Positions 37,179 through 47,411 of a DNA stretch of 64,000 nt are shown piece after piece. Every line of letters begins with the position of its first letter. The first letter of the stretch is position 1. Made by a program: the position numbers and the translations under genes. The notes under the pieces were generated by a model. The model did no database searches, was not told the origin of the DNA, and worked only from the letters and a program-made list of their open reading frames with translations. Origin of the DNA: Escherichia coli (GTDB lineage Bacteria > Pseudomonadota > Gammaproteobacteria > Enterobacterales > Enterobacteriaceae); assembly GCF_036507355.1 (NCBI RefSeq), contig NZ_AP027877.1; one strand, given 5' to 3'.

Positions 37179-38615
37179 ATGAATCGTGATTCCTTTTATC
37201 CAGCCATCGCCTGTTTTCCGCTGTTACTGATGCTGGCCGGGTGTGCGCCTATGCATGAAACCCGCCAGGCGTTAAGCCAGCAAACGCCCGCTGCACAAGT
37301 TGACACCGCATTACCCACGGCGCTGAAAAATGGTTGGCCAGACAGCCAATGGTGGCTGGAGTATCACGATAATCAACTCACTTCCTTAATTAACAATGCA
37401 CTACAGAACGCACCGGATATGCAGGTGGCTGAACAGCGCATTCAGTTAGCTGAAGCCCAGGCGAAGGCAGTTGCTACTCAGGATGGTCCGCAGATCGACT
37501 TTTCTGCGGATATGGAGCGGCAAAAAATGTCGGCAGAAGGGCTAATGGGGCCGTTTGCTCTGAACGATCCGGCCGCAGGTACGACCGGTCCGTGGTACAC
37601 CAACGGAACTTTTGGCTTAACGGCGGGCTGGCATCTCGATATCTGGGGAAAGAATCGGGCGGAGGTTACTGCCCGCCTGGGTACGGTTAAAGCACGGGCG
37701 GCGGAACGCGAGCAAACCCGCCAATTGCTGGCTGGCAGCGTAGCCCGCCTGTACTGGGAGTGGCAAACCCAGGCGGCGTTAAACACGGTCTTGCAGCAAA
37801 TCGAAAAAGAGCAGAACACCATTATCGCGACCGATCGCCAGCTATATCAGAACGGGATTACTTCTTCAGTTGAAGGTGTGGAAACCGATATTAATGCCAG
37901 CAAAACCCGGCAGCAGCTCAACGATGTCGCGGGGAAAATGAAAATTATTGAGGCACGGTTAAGCGCACTTACAAATCACCAGACAAAGTCATTGAAGCTT
38001 AAACCGGTCGCGTTGCCGAAAGTGGCAAGCCAGCTTCCTGATGAACTGGGGTACTCCTTACTGGCCCGGCGGGCAGATTTGCAGGCGGCGCACTGGTACG
38101 TTGAGTCATCGCTAAGCACCATTGATGCGGCAAAAGCGGCATTTTATCCTGACATCAACCTGATGGCCTTCCTGCAACAGGATGCGTTGCACTTAAGCGA
38201 TCTGTTCCGTCATTCCGCGCAGCAAATGGGCGTTACGGCAGGCCTGACGCTACCCATTTTCGATAGTGGTCGTCTTAACGCCAATCTCGATATCGCAAAA
38301 GCTGAAAGCAACTTGTCTATCGCCAGCTACAACAAAGCGGTGGTTGAAGCGGTGAATGACGTGGCGCGGACAGCCAGTCAGGTTCAGACACTTGCGGAGA
38401 AAAACCAGCATCAGGCGCAAATTGAGCGCGATGCCTTGCGTGTGGTAGGTCTTGCGCAGGCGCGCTTTAACGCGGGCATCATTGCTGGTTCCCGCGTCAG
38501 CGAAGCCAGAATCCCCGCGTTGCGTGAGCGGGCCAATGGCCTGTTATTGCAAGGGCAGTGGCTGGATGCCTCCATTCAACTCACTGGTGCGTTGGGCGGG
38601 GGTTACAAACGCTGA
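37179..38615 (+). CDS. mdtQ: outer-membrane efflux lipoprotein (OMF/NodT family), apparently intact
   Basis: ORF 37089..38615 trimmed to MNRDSFYPAIACFPLLLMLAGC (lipoprotein signal, LAGC lipobox), 478 aa, uninterrupted. Confidence 0.8.
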   Translation: MNRDSFYPAIACFPLLLMLAGCAPMHETRQALSQQTPAAQVDTALPTALKNGWPDSQWWLEYHDNQLTSLINNALQNAPDMQVAEQRIQLAEAQAKAVATQDGPQIDFSADMERQKMSAEGLMGPFALNDPAAGTTGPWYTNGTFGLTAGWHLDIWGKNRAEVTARLGTVKARAAEREQTRQLLAGSVARLYWEWQTQAALNTVLQQIEKEQNTIIATDRQLYQNGITSSVEGVETDINASKTRQQLNDVAGKMKIIEARLSALTNHQTKSLKLKPVALPKVASQLPDELGYSLLARRADLQAAHWYVESSLSTIDAAKAAFYPDINLMAFLQQDALHLSDLFRHSAQQMGVTAGLTLPIFDSGRLNANLDIAKAESNLSIASYNKAVVEAVNDVARTASQVQTLAEKNQHQAQIERDALRVVGLAQARFNAGIIAGSRVSEARIPALRERANGLLLQGQWLDASIQLTGALGGGYKR

Positions 38616-38667
38616 TGATATGCGCCTTCTATACTTAACGTTTATTCAGCGTTAAGTGGAGAACTCG

Positions 38668-39429
38668 ATGGCACAGGTTGCGATAATTACCGCCTCCGAT
38701 TCGGGGATCGGCAAAGAGTGCGCATTATTACTGGCGCAGCAGGGGTTTGATATTGGCATTACCTGGCACTCTGATGAAGAAGGGGCAAAAGACACCGCGC
38801 GTGAGGTGGTTAGCCACGGCGTACGTGCGGAGATCGTGCAACTGGATCTCGGCAATCTGCCAGAAGGTGCGCAGGCGCTGGAGAAACTCATTCAACGGCT
38901 GGGGCGTATTGATGTGCTGGTGAATAATGCGGGCGCAATGACCAAAGCGCCGTTTCTTGATATGGCTTTCGATGAGTGGCGCAAGATTTTTACCGTTGAT
39001 GTCGATGGTGCATTTTTATGTTCGCAAATTGCTGCCCGCCAGATGGTGAAACAAGGGCAGGGTGGTCGCATCATCAACATTACGTCGGTACATGAACATA
39101 CGCCGCTGCCGGATGCCAGCGCCTACACAGCCGCTAAACATGCGCTCGGCGGGTTAACCAAAGCAATGGCGCTGGAGTTGGTCAGGCATAAGATTTTGGT
39201 GAACGCAGTCGCACCTGGGGCGATCGCTACGCCAATGAACGGCATGGATGATAGCGACGTGAAGCCCGACGCGGAGCCTTCGATTCCTCTGCGGCGTTTT
39301 GGCGCAACGCATGAGATTGCCAGCCTGGTGGCGTGGCTTTGTTCGGAGGGTGCAAATTACACCACCGGGCAGTCGTTGATAGTGGATGGCGGCTTTATGT
39401 TGGCGAATCCGCAGTTCAACCCAGAATAG
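38668..39429 (+). CDS. yohF: short-chain dehydrogenase/reductase (SDR)
   Basis: ORF trimmed to MAQVAIITASDSGIGKECA (Rossmann TGxxxGxG-like), 253 aa; catalytic YxxxK (YTAAK). Confidence 0.85.
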   Translation: MAQVAIITASDSGIGKECALLLAQQGFDIGITWHSDEEGAKDTAREVVSHGVRAEIVQLDLGNLPEGAQALEKLIQRLGRIDVLVNNAGAMTKAPFLDMAFDEWRKIFTVDVDGAFLCSQIAARQMVKQGQGGRIINITSVHEHTPLPDASAYTAAKHALGGLTKAMALELVRHKILVNAVAPGAIATPMNGMDDSDVKPDAEPSIPLRRFGATHEIASLVAWLCSEGANYTTGQSLIVDGGFMLANPQFNPE

Positions 39430-39460
39430 CGCAGTGAGGTGCGTAGTTATTTCAATGGGT

Positions 39461-39540
39461 TAGGCCAGATAAGACACGCCAGCGTCGCATCAGGCATGGA
39501 ACACCCGGCGCCGGATGTGGCGTGAATGCTTATCTGTGGC
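39461..39540. repeat. REP elements (pair)
   Basis: TAGGCCAGATAAGACACGCCAGCGTCGCATCAGGC and inverted partner CGGCGCCGGATGTGGCGTGAATGCTTATCTG between the convergent yohF and yohD. Confidence 0.65.
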
Positions 39541-39547
39541 AACTGCT

Positions 39548-40126
39548 TTACGCCTGATTATCCGGCTTTTTCTTCCCGCGTCGTTTCAGCCACCAGCGCA
39601 CGCCTACCACCAGAACCACGACCAGAATCAACCAGACCCAGTGCTTCAAATGCTGGTCGAGATTGTGCAACCACGGCGCAATCACCTGACCACCAGCGTA
39701 ACCGATAGTGGTAAAAATCAACGCCCAGGCAAATGCGCCGAGAATATTCAGCGGCAGAAAGATTTTCGGCGGCAGCTGGCTGGCACCAATCAGCGTCGGG
39801 CCAATCACCCGAAAGCCATACATAAAACGCGTACCAATGACAAACAGATACGGATGGCGTTGGATCAGTTTCTGCGCCCGCTCAATTTTATCCTGATGTT
39901 TCGAGAAACGGCGTAACAGCTTGCCGCCAAACCGCCGCCCGCACAGATAAAGCACCTGGTCGCCAATCATGCCGCCAAGCGCTACAGAAAGTACCACCAG
40001 CGGGAACTTTAATAGCCCCTGATGTGCCGCAACGCCTCCCAGCAAAGTCACGGTTTCACCTTCCGCCAGGCTACCGATCACCAGCGCGGCATAACCATAT
40101 TGTGAGATGAGTGTATTGAGATCCAT
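39548..40126 (-). CDS. yohD: DedA-family inner membrane protein
   Basis: ORF 39548..40162 trimmed to MDLNTLISQYGYAALVIGSLAEGE (192 aa); DedA signature. Confidence 0.85.
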   Translation of the reverse strand: MDLNTLISQYGYAALVIGSLAEGETVTLLGGVAAHQGLLKFPLVVLSVALGGMIGDQVLYLCGRRFGGKLLRRFSKHQDKIERAQKLIQRHPYLFVIGTRFMYGFRVIGPTLIGASQLPPKIFLPLNILGAFAWALIFTTIGYAGGQVIAPWLHNLDQHLKHWVWLILVVVLVVGVRWWLKRRGKKKPDNQA

Positions 40127-40295
40127 AGGCCAGTCTGTCTCCCTTTGGTTGCCTGTAAGCATACACCCTGTAAATCATTCACGCTGAAAAAGGACATACA
40201 TAAGACGGTGCAAATCACATGAGCGAACAAAAAATAATCACAAGCTGACTTATACTTGAACTGTCAGGTTCATGAACTCACAACAAGGGGGCGGT

Positions 40296-40883
40296 ATGAG
40301 CCATGTCTGGGGACTGTTTTCCCATCCCGATCGTGAAATGCAGGTGATTAATCGCGAAAACGAAACGATTTCTCACCATTACACCCACCACGTTTTGCTG
40401 ATGGCGGCGATTCCGGTGATTTGCGCCTTCATTGGCACTACACAGATTGGCTGGAATTTTGGCGATGGCACTATCCTGAAGTTATCCTGGTTTACCGGAC
40501 TGGCGCTGGCTGTCCTGTTTTATGGCGTTATGCTCGCTGGGGTCGCGGTGATGGGGCGGGTCATCTGGTGGATGGCGCGTAATTATCCGCAGCGTCCGTC
40601 ACTTGCGCACTGCATGGTCTTCGCGGGCTACGTTGCAACTCCGCTGTTTTTAAGCGGTCTGGTGGCGCTTTATCCGCTGGTCTGGTTGTGTGCGCTGGTC
40701 GGCACGGTGGCGCTGTTTTACACCGGCTACCTGCTTTATCTCGGTATTCCGAGCTTCCTGAATATCAACAAAGAGGAAGGCCTTAGCTTCTCCAGTTCGA
40801 CGCTGGCGATTGGCGTGCTGGTACTGGAAGTGCTGCTCGCCCTAACCGTTATACTATGGGGCTACGGTTATCGTTTGTTCTAG
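40296..40883 (+). CDS. yohC: Yip1-family inner membrane protein
   Basis: ORF 40272..40883 trimmed to MSHVWGLFSHPDRE... (195 aa). Confidence 0.85.
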   Translation: MSHVWGLFSHPDREMQVINRENETISHHYTHHVLLMAAIPVICAFIGTTQIGWNFGDGTILKLSWFTGLALAVLFYGVMLAGVAVMGRVIWWMARNYPQRPSLAHCMVFAGYVATPLFLSGLVALYPLVWLCALVGTVALFYTGYLLYLGIPSFLNINKEEGLSFSSSTLAIGVLVLEVLLALTVILWGYGYRLF

Positions 40884-40899
40884 AAAGTTCTTTGACGTT

Positions 40900-40927
40900 G
40901 CATTGCTGGCGTAAATGTCAGCAATGC
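40900..40927 (+). terminator. hairpin downstream of yohC
   Basis: GCATTGCTG-N10-CAGCAATGC 9-bp stem. Confidence 0.4.
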
Positions 40928-41056
40928 AGCATTTCCTCACGATTCTCCTTTGACGATCGCACTTTTTGCTCGTTATGATGGCGTCGCTAGCCTCAGTAAA
41001 TCCTTACTCCGGCGGTGCGCAACCCGTGCGCGTGAACCACTATCTGAATGCTCATC

Positions 41057-41989
41057 ATGCCGAAATTTCGAGTTTCTTTATTTAGCCTGGCCCTGATGCT
41101 GGCTGTGCCTTTGGCACCGCAGGCCGTTGCGAAAACGGCAGCCGCTACCACCGCTTCACAACCGGAAATTGCCTCCGGTAGCGCGATGATTGTTGATCTG
41201 AATACCAACAAAGTGATCTATTCGAACCACCCGGATCTGGTGCGTCCGATTGCGTCTATCAGCAAATTAATGACCGCGATGGTTGTGCTGGATGCACGAC
41301 TGCCGCTGGATGAAAAACTAAAAGTGGATATCAGCCAGACGCCGGAGATGAAAGGGGTCTATTCGCGCGTACGACTGAACAGCGAAATCAGCCGTAAAGA
41401 TATGCTGTTGCTGGCGTTGATGTCTTCAGAAAACCGCGCGGCGGCAAGCCTTGCGCACCATTATCCCGGTGGTTACAAAGCCTTTATTAAGGCGATGAAT
41501 GCGAAAGCGAAATCGCTCGGAATGAACAACACGCGCTTTGTTGAACCGACCGGATTGTCGGTGCATAACGTTTCAACCGCCCGTGACTTAACCAAACTGC
41601 TCATTGCCAGCAAACAATATCCGTTGATCGGGCAGTTAAGTACTACCCGGGAAGATATGGCAACCTTCTCTAACCCGACGTATACGCTGCCGTTCCGCAA
41701 TACTAATCATCTGGTGTATCGCGATAACTGGAATATTCAGTTAACCAAAACCGGCTTTACCAATGCGGCGGGCCATTGTCTGGTGATGCGTACGGTTATC
41801 AATAATAAACCGGTGGCGCTGGTAGTGATGGATGCGTTTGGCAAATATACCCATTTTGCCGATGCCAGCCGCCTGCGTACCTGGATTGAAACCGGTAAAG
41901 TGATGCCTGTTCCGGCAGCAGCGTTGAGCTATAAAAAACAAAAAGCCGCCCAAATGGCGGCGGCGGGGCAGACGGCACAGAACGATTAA
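41057..41989 (+). CDS. pbpG: D-alanyl-D-alanine endopeptidase (PBP7)
   Basis: ORF trimmed to [25 protein letters not shown] signal peptide (310 aa); SxxK (SISK), SEN and KTG motifs. Confidence 0.9.
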   Translation: MPKFRVSLFSLALMLAVPLAPQAVAKTAAATTASQPEIASGSAMIVDLNTNKVIYSNHPDLVRPIASISKLMTAMVVLDARLPLDEKLKVDISQTPEMKGVYSRVRLNSEISRKDMLLLALMSSENRAAASLAHHYPGGYKAFIKAMNAKAKSLGMNNTRFVEPTGLSVHNVSTARDLTKLLIASKQYPLIGQLSTTREDMATFSNPTYTLPFRNTNHLVYRDNWNIQLTKTGFTNAAGHCLVMRTVINNKPVALVVMDAFGKYTHFADASRLRTWIETGKVMPVPAAALSYKKQKAAQMAAAGQTAQND

Positions 41990-42027
41990 GTGAATTACGG
42001 ATGGCGATACTCTGCCATCCGTCATTT

Positions 42028-43743
42028 TTACTCCACTTCCTGCCAGTTTTTCCGCTTACTGGTTTTACCGATCCCCGGATTCATACTGTTGGTCGGATCG
42101 TTCTCGCGATAAAACTTCTGCAACGTCTCCGGTGCTTTATACAAATGACCGACGTTATGTTCGGCAGGATATTGCGCGCCACGCTGCTGCAGCAGTTCCA
42201 GCATCTGTTCTTTCAACGCATGCACATCCACGCCTTTTTTAACGATGTAATCCTGATGGAAGACATAGCACATAAAATGGCCGTAATAGAGCTTGTGCAC
42301 CAGCTGGCTGTCGATCTCCGGCGGTAAATGCTCATACCACTCGGTGTCGTTACGCCGCAGAGCGATATCCAGCGCCAGAATGTCTTCGACTTCATCGGAA
42401 TGCACCGCCTGATAACGAATTGCTGCGCCCGCAGCGGCGAAACGGTGTAAAAACGCTTTGCTGCCTTCCTCCGGCGTACAGACAAAGAAATCGCCTTCGG
42501 CCTGTTTGAAATAATCCACCAGCCACGATTTGGCTTCGCCCACGCCATCGCCCGCCATTTTTAACAGCAGATGATGCTCGTATTTATCGCGCCAGTTTTT
42601 CATGCGCGGCGGTAAATGGCTGGGGAACAGGTGACCGAATTTTTGCATCGCACGGTCAGTAAAATGCGGACGGAAGAATTTCACTTTCTCCAGCATCGCA
42701 TCGGTGCGTCCCTTGAGATTAAAGAAGAACGGCATCTTGTCGGTGCCTAACTTATCAATCATCAGGAAGGTGTCTTTGCCGTATTTTTCCGCAATATCGT
42801 AGATATCCCGGTGCATATATTCCCCGGCAACCGGCAGATTTTCGAAGTTAGCCAGAATATGACGGCGGATTTCGGTCAGCACTTCCGGCTGGTTGGTGCC
42901 GATATAAAACACCTGCTGATTTTTTTCCGCTTCGAAGGTATCAAGACGTACTGCAAAGACGGCCAGCTTCCCGGCGCAACCAGAAGATTCAAATAACCGA
43001 TCCGGATCGGCGTTATAACGTGCGGGCGTGTCGGCTTCAATATCACGAACGCGGTGGACATAGTCATAATCGTGGGCGTGACGACCATCGTGACGCACAT
43101 CGTCATCTTTGATGCGATCGTCATCCAGCTTGCTAAGGATCTGCTCCGGCGTTTCGCCCAGATCAATCCCGAGATGGTTCACCAGCGTCAGCTTGCCATC
43201 TTCATTTATACGCGCGAATAACGACATTTCGGTATACGCCGGGCCACGTTGCACCAGCGAGCCGCCGGAGTTGTTACAAATACCGCCGATGACCGATGCG
43301 CCAATGCACGATGAACCAATCACCGAGTGCGGTTCGCGTCCCAGCGGTTTGAGGGCTTTTTCCAGCGAATAAAGCGTGGTGCCCGGATAGGCCAGCACCT
43401 GTTCGCCCTTGCCGAGAACGTGCAGCTTGTCGAGACGCAGGGTGCTGATGATCACGATATCGCGATCATAGTCGTTACCGTTTGGCGTCGATCCTTCGGT
43501 CAGGCCTGTATTGGCAGCCTGCATCAGAATAATTTTGTCGGCGGTGACGCAGGCTTTCAGCACCCGCCACAATTCCAGTAGTGAGCCAGGGAAAACGACA
43601 GCCAGCGCGTCGCCCTGACCAGAACGGAAGCCCTTGCGATAGCGGGCCGTTTTTGCGGGATCGGTGAGCAGGTGTGAATGACCGACCAGACGGGCAAGTT
43701 CATTCAAAAAGGCTTTATTATCAGTTGTTGTCATGGAAGACAT
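42028..43743 (-). CDS. dld: FAD-dependent D-lactate dehydrogenase (membrane-associated)
   Basis: ORF 42028..43776 trimmed to MSSMTTTDNKAFLNELARLVG... (571 aa). Confidence 0.95.
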   Translation of the reverse strand: MSSMTTTDNKAFLNELARLVGHSHLLTDPAKTARYRKGFRSGQGDALAVVFPGSLLELWRVLKACVTADKIILMQAANTGLTEGSTPNGNDYDRDIVIISTLRLDKLHVLGKGEQVLAYPGTTLYSLEKALKPLGREPHSVIGSSCIGASVIGGICNNSGGSLVQRGPAYTEMSLFARINEDGKLTLVNHLGIDLGETPEQILSKLDDDRIKDDDVRHDGRHAHDYDYVHRVRDIEADTPARYNADPDRLFESSGCAGKLAVFAVRLDTFEAEKNQQVFYIGTNQPEVLTEIRRHILANFENLPVAGEYMHRDIYDIAEKYGKDTFLMIDKLGTDKMPFFFNLKGRTDAMLEKVKFFRPHFTDRAMQKFGHLFPSHLPPRMKNWRDKYEHHLLLKMAGDGVGEAKSWLVDYFKQAEGDFFVCTPEEGSKAFLHRFAAAGAAIRYQAVHSDEVEDILALDIALRRNDTEWYEHLPPEIDSQLVHKLYYGHFMCYVFHQDYIVKKGVDVHALKEQMLELLQQRGAQYPAEHNVGHLYKAPETLQKFYRENDPTNSMNPGIGKTSKRKNWQEVE

Positions 43744-43938
43744 TTTCCACTCCTTGTGGTGGCGAAAAAATATCACAAACTAGAATAGCGCCTTGTATGA
43801 CAATTCAGCGAGTGAATATTTTGAAAATTCAGACAATAAACTGAGCATTCTTTTTCTCTCTCCATCATGCTTATGGCAAACTACGGTTTTTGCACCATTT
43901 TCGCTGCCACGTCGGGCAACAAAGGAAGAAAAATCCAT

Positions 43939-46236
43939 ATGAAATGGCTATGTTCAGTAGGAATCGCGGTGAGTCTGGCCCTGCAGCCAGCACTGGCGGA
44001 TGATTTATTCGGTAACCATCCATTAACGCCTGAAGCGCGGGATGCGTTCGTCACCGAACTGCTTAAGAAAATGACAGTTGATGAGAAAATTGGTCAGCTG
44101 CGCTTAATCAGCGTCGGCCCGGATAACCCGAAAGAGGCGATCCGCGAGATGATCAAAGACGGTCAGGTTGGGGCGATTTTCAACACCGTAACCCGTCAGG
44201 ATATCCGCGCCATGCAAGATCAGGTGATGGAATTAAGCCGCCTGAAAATTCCTCTTTTCTTTGCTTACGACGTGCTGCACGGTCAGCGCACGGTGTTCCC
44301 GATTAGCCTCGGTCTGGCCTCGTCTTTTAACCTCGATGCAGTGAAAACGGTCGGACGTGTCTCTGCTTATGAAGCGGCAGATGATGGCCTGAATATGACC
44401 TGGGCACCGATGGTCGATGTCTCGCGCGATCCGCGCTGGGGACGTGCTTCCGAAGGTTTTGGCGAAGATACGTATCTCACCTCAATAATGGGTAAAACCA
44501 TGGTGGAAGCGATGCAGGGAAAAAGCCCGGCAGATCGCTACTCGGTGATGACCAGCGTCAAACACTTTGCCGCATACGGTGCGGTAGAAGGCGGTAAAGA
44601 GTACAACACCGTCGATATGAGTCCGCAGCGCCTGTTTAATGATTATATGCCGCCGTACAAAGCGGGGCTGGACGCAGGCAGCGGCGCGGTGATGGTGGCG
44701 CTGAACTCGCTGAACGGCACGCCAGCCACCTCCGATTCCTGGCTGCTGAAAGATGTTCTGCGCGATCAGTGGGGTTTTAAAGGCATCACCGTTTCCGATC
44801 ACGGTGCAATCAAAGAACTGATTAAACATGGCACGGCGGCAGACCCGGAAGATGCGGTGCGCGTGGCGCTGAAATCCGGAATCAACATGAGCATGAGCGA
44901 CGAGTACTACTCGAAGTATCTGCCTGGGTTGATCAAATCCGGCAAAGTGACGATGGCAGAGCTGGACGATGCTGCCCGCCATGTACTGAACGTTAAATAT
45001 GATATGGGGTTGTTTAACGACCCATACAGCCATTTGGGGCCGAAAGAGTCTGACCCGGTGGATACCAATGCCGAAAGCCGCCTGCACCGTAAAGAAGCGC
45101 GTGAAGTGGCGCGCGAAAGCCTGGTGTTGCTGAAAAACCGTCTCGAAACGTTACCGCTGAAAAAATCCGCAACCATTGCGGTGGTTGGCCCGCTGGCAGA
45201 CAGCAAGCGTGACGTGATGGGAAGCTGGTCGGCGGCAGGTGTTGCCGATCAATCCGTGACCGTGCTGACCGGGATTAAAAATGCCGTCGGTGAAAACGGT
45301 AAAGTGCTGTATGCCAAAGGGGCGAACGTTACCAGTGACAAAGGCATTATCGATTTCCTGAATCAGTATGAAGAAGCGGTCAAAGTCGATCCGCGTTCGC
45401 CGCAAGAGATGATTGATGAAGCGGTGCAGACGGCGAAACAATCTGATGTGGTGGTGGCTGTAGTCGGTGAAGCACAGGGGATGGCGCACGAGGCCTCCAG
45501 CCGTACCGATATTACTATTCCGCAAAGTCAACGTGACTTGATTGCGGCGCTGAAAGCCACCGGTAAACCGCTGGTGCTGGTGCTGATGAACGGGCGTCCG
45601 CTGGCGCTGGTGAAAGAAGATCAGCAGGCTGATGCGATTCTGGAAACCTGGTTTGCGGGGACTGAAGGCGGTAATGCAATTGCCGATGTATTGTTTGGCG
45701 ATTACAACCCGTCCGGCAAGCTGCCGATGTCCTTCCCGCGTTCTGTCGGGCAGATCCCGGTGTACTACAGCCATCTGAACACCGGTCGTCCGTATAATGC
45801 CGACAAGCCGAACAAATACACTTCGCGTTATTTTGATGAAGCTAACGGGGCGCTTTATCCGTTCGGCTATGGTCTGAGCTATACCACTTTCACCGTCTCT
45901 GATGTGAAACTTTCTGCGCCGACCATGAAGCGTGACGGCAAAGTGACGGCCAGCGTGCAGGTGACGAACACCGGTAAACGCGAAGGGGCCACGGTAGTGC
46001 AGATGTACTTGCAGGATGTGACGGCTTCCATGAGCCGTCCAGTGAAGCAGCTGAAAGGCTTTGAGAAAATCACCCTGAAGCCGGGCGAAACTCAGACCGT
46101 CAGCTTCCCGATTGATATCGAGGCGCTGAAGTTCTGGAATCAACAGATGAAATATGACGCCGAGCCTGGCAAGTTCAATGTCTTTATCGGCACTGATTCC
46201 GCACGCGTTAAGAAAGGCGAGTTTGAGTTGCTGTAA
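43939..46236 (+). CDS. bglX: periplasmic beta-glucosidase (GH3)
   Basis: ORF 43867..46236 trimmed to MKWLCSVGIAVSLALQPALA signal peptide (765 aa); GH3 domains. Confidence 0.9.
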   Translation: MKWLCSVGIAVSLALQPALADDLFGNHPLTPEARDAFVTELLKKMTVDEKIGQLRLISVGPDNPKEAIREMIKDGQVGAIFNTVTRQDIRAMQDQVMELSRLKIPLFFAYDVLHGQRTVFPISLGLASSFNLDAVKTVGRVSAYEAADDGLNMTWAPMVDVSRDPRWGRASEGFGEDTYLTSIMGKTMVEAMQGKSPADRYSVMTSVKHFAAYGAVEGGKEYNTVDMSPQRLFNDYMPPYKAGLDAGSGAVMVALNSLNGTPATSDSWLLKDVLRDQWGFKGITVSDHGAIKELIKHGTAADPEDAVRVALKSGINMSMSDEYYSKYLPGLIKSGKVTMAELDDAARHVLNVKYDMGLFNDPYSHLGPKESDPVDTNAESRLHRKEAREVARESLVLLKNRLETLPLKKSATIAVVGPLADSKRDVMGSWSAAGVADQSVTVLTGIKNAVGENGKVLYAKGANVTSDKGIIDFLNQYEEAVKVDPRSPQEMIDEAVQTAKQSDVVVAVVGEAQGMAHEASSRTDITIPQSQRDLIAALKATGKPLVLVLMNGRPLALVKEDQQADAILETWFAGTEGGNAIADVLFGDYNPSGKLPMSFPRSVGQIPVYYSHLNTGRPYNADKPNKYTSRYFDEANGALYPFGYGLSYTTFTVSDVKLSAPTMKRDGKVTASVQVTNTGKREGATVVQMYLQDVTASMSRPVKQLKGFEKITLKPGETQTVSFPIDIEALKFWNQQMKYDAEPGKFNVFIGTDSARVKKGEFELL

Positions 46237-46246
46237 TGCTTTAGTA

Positions 46247-46270
46247 AGGGCGCGACGTTTGCGCCCTTTG
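46247..46270 (+). terminator. rho-independent terminator downstream of bglX
   Basis: GGGCGCGACGTTTGCGCCC hairpin followed by TTTG. Confidence 0.5.
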
Positions 46271-46310
46271 CCTGATGTTCATATCTTAATTTGCTGAATT
46301 TTCGCCCTTT

Positions 46311-46360
46311 GTAGGCCGGATAAGGCGCTTGCGCCGCATCCGGCAGGAAACGCCGGACCG
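46311..46360. repeat. REP element
   Basis: TGTAGGCCGGATAAGGCGCTTGCGCCGCATCCGGCAGG. Confidence 0.7.
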
Positions 46361-46487
46361 AATATGCCTCTTAAGTATTTATCTGATTCTGCAACTGAAT
46401 CCGTCCGCTCAGGCTAATCCCGCCATTATCAACTATGCTTTTCTCTTAATTCGCTGAAAACAACAGTAAAAGAATGAGGAAAGCATC

Positions 46488-47405
46488 ATGCCACTCTCAA
46501 AGGTCTGGGCAGGTTCACTGGTTTTGTTGGCAGCCGTGAGCCTGCCGCTGCACGCGGCTTCCCCCGTTAAAGTCGGTTCAAAAATCGATACCGAAGGCGC
46601 GCTGCTCGGCAATATCATTTTGCAAGTACTGGAAAGCCACGGCGTACCGACGGTCAATAAAGTGCAACTCGGAACGACTCCTGTGGTGCGCGGGGCGATT
46701 ACTTCCGGTGAACTGGATATCTATCCGGAATATACCGGCAATGGCGCGTTTTTCTTTAAAGATGAAAACGATGCAGCGTGGAAAAACGCGCAGCAAGGTT
46801 ACGAGAAAGTCAAAAAACTCGATGCAGAGCAAAACAAGTTAATCTGGCTGACGCCCGCACCTGCAAATAACACCTGGACCATCGCCGTGCGTCAGGATGT
46901 GGCAGAGAAAAACAAACTCACTTCGCTTGCTGACCTGAGTCGTTATCTGAAAGAGGGCGGCACCTTCAAACTGGCAGCCTCGGCAGAGTTTATCGAACGC
47001 GCCGATGCGTTACCCGCGTTTGAAAAAGCCTACGACTTTAAACTCGATCAGGATCAGTTACTGTCACTGGCTGGCGGCGACACGGCGGTAACGATTAAAG
47101 CCGCTGCCCAGCAAACTTCTGGCGTTAATGCCGCAATGGCTTACGGCACTGACGGTCCGGTCGCGGCGCTGGGGCTGCAAACCTTAAGCGATCCGCAAGG
47201 CGTGCAACCTATCTACGCGCCTGCACCAGTGGTGCGTGAGTCGGTGTTGAAAGAGTATCCGCAAATGGCACAGTGGCTACAGCCAGTCTTCGCCAGCCTC
47301 GATGCAAAAACATTGCAGCAACTGAATGCCAGCATTGCAGTGGAAGGACTGGATGCCAAAAAAGTGGCTGCCGACTACCTGAAACAAAAAGGGTGGACGA
47401 AGTAA
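46488..47405 (+). CDS. osmF: periplasmic glycine betaine-binding protein of the YehZYXW ABC transporter
   Basis: 305-aa ORF with signal peptide; first gene of a four-gene ABC transporter operon. Confidence 0.9.
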   Translation: MPLSKVWAGSLVLLAAVSLPLHAASPVKVGSKIDTEGALLGNIILQVLESHGVPTVNKVQLGTTPVVRGAITSGELDIYPEYTGNGAFFFKDENDAAWKNAQQGYEKVKKLDAEQNKLIWLTPAPANNTWTIAVRQDVAEKNKLTSLADLSRYLKEGGTFKLAASAEFIERADALPAFEKAYDFKLDQDQLLSLAGGDTAVTIKAAAQQTSGVNAAMAYGTDGPVAALGLQTLSDPQGVQPIYAPAPVVRESVLKEYPQMAQWLQPVFASLDAKTLQQLNASIAVEGLDAKKVAADYLKQKGWTK

Positions 47406-47411
47406 TTTCCC

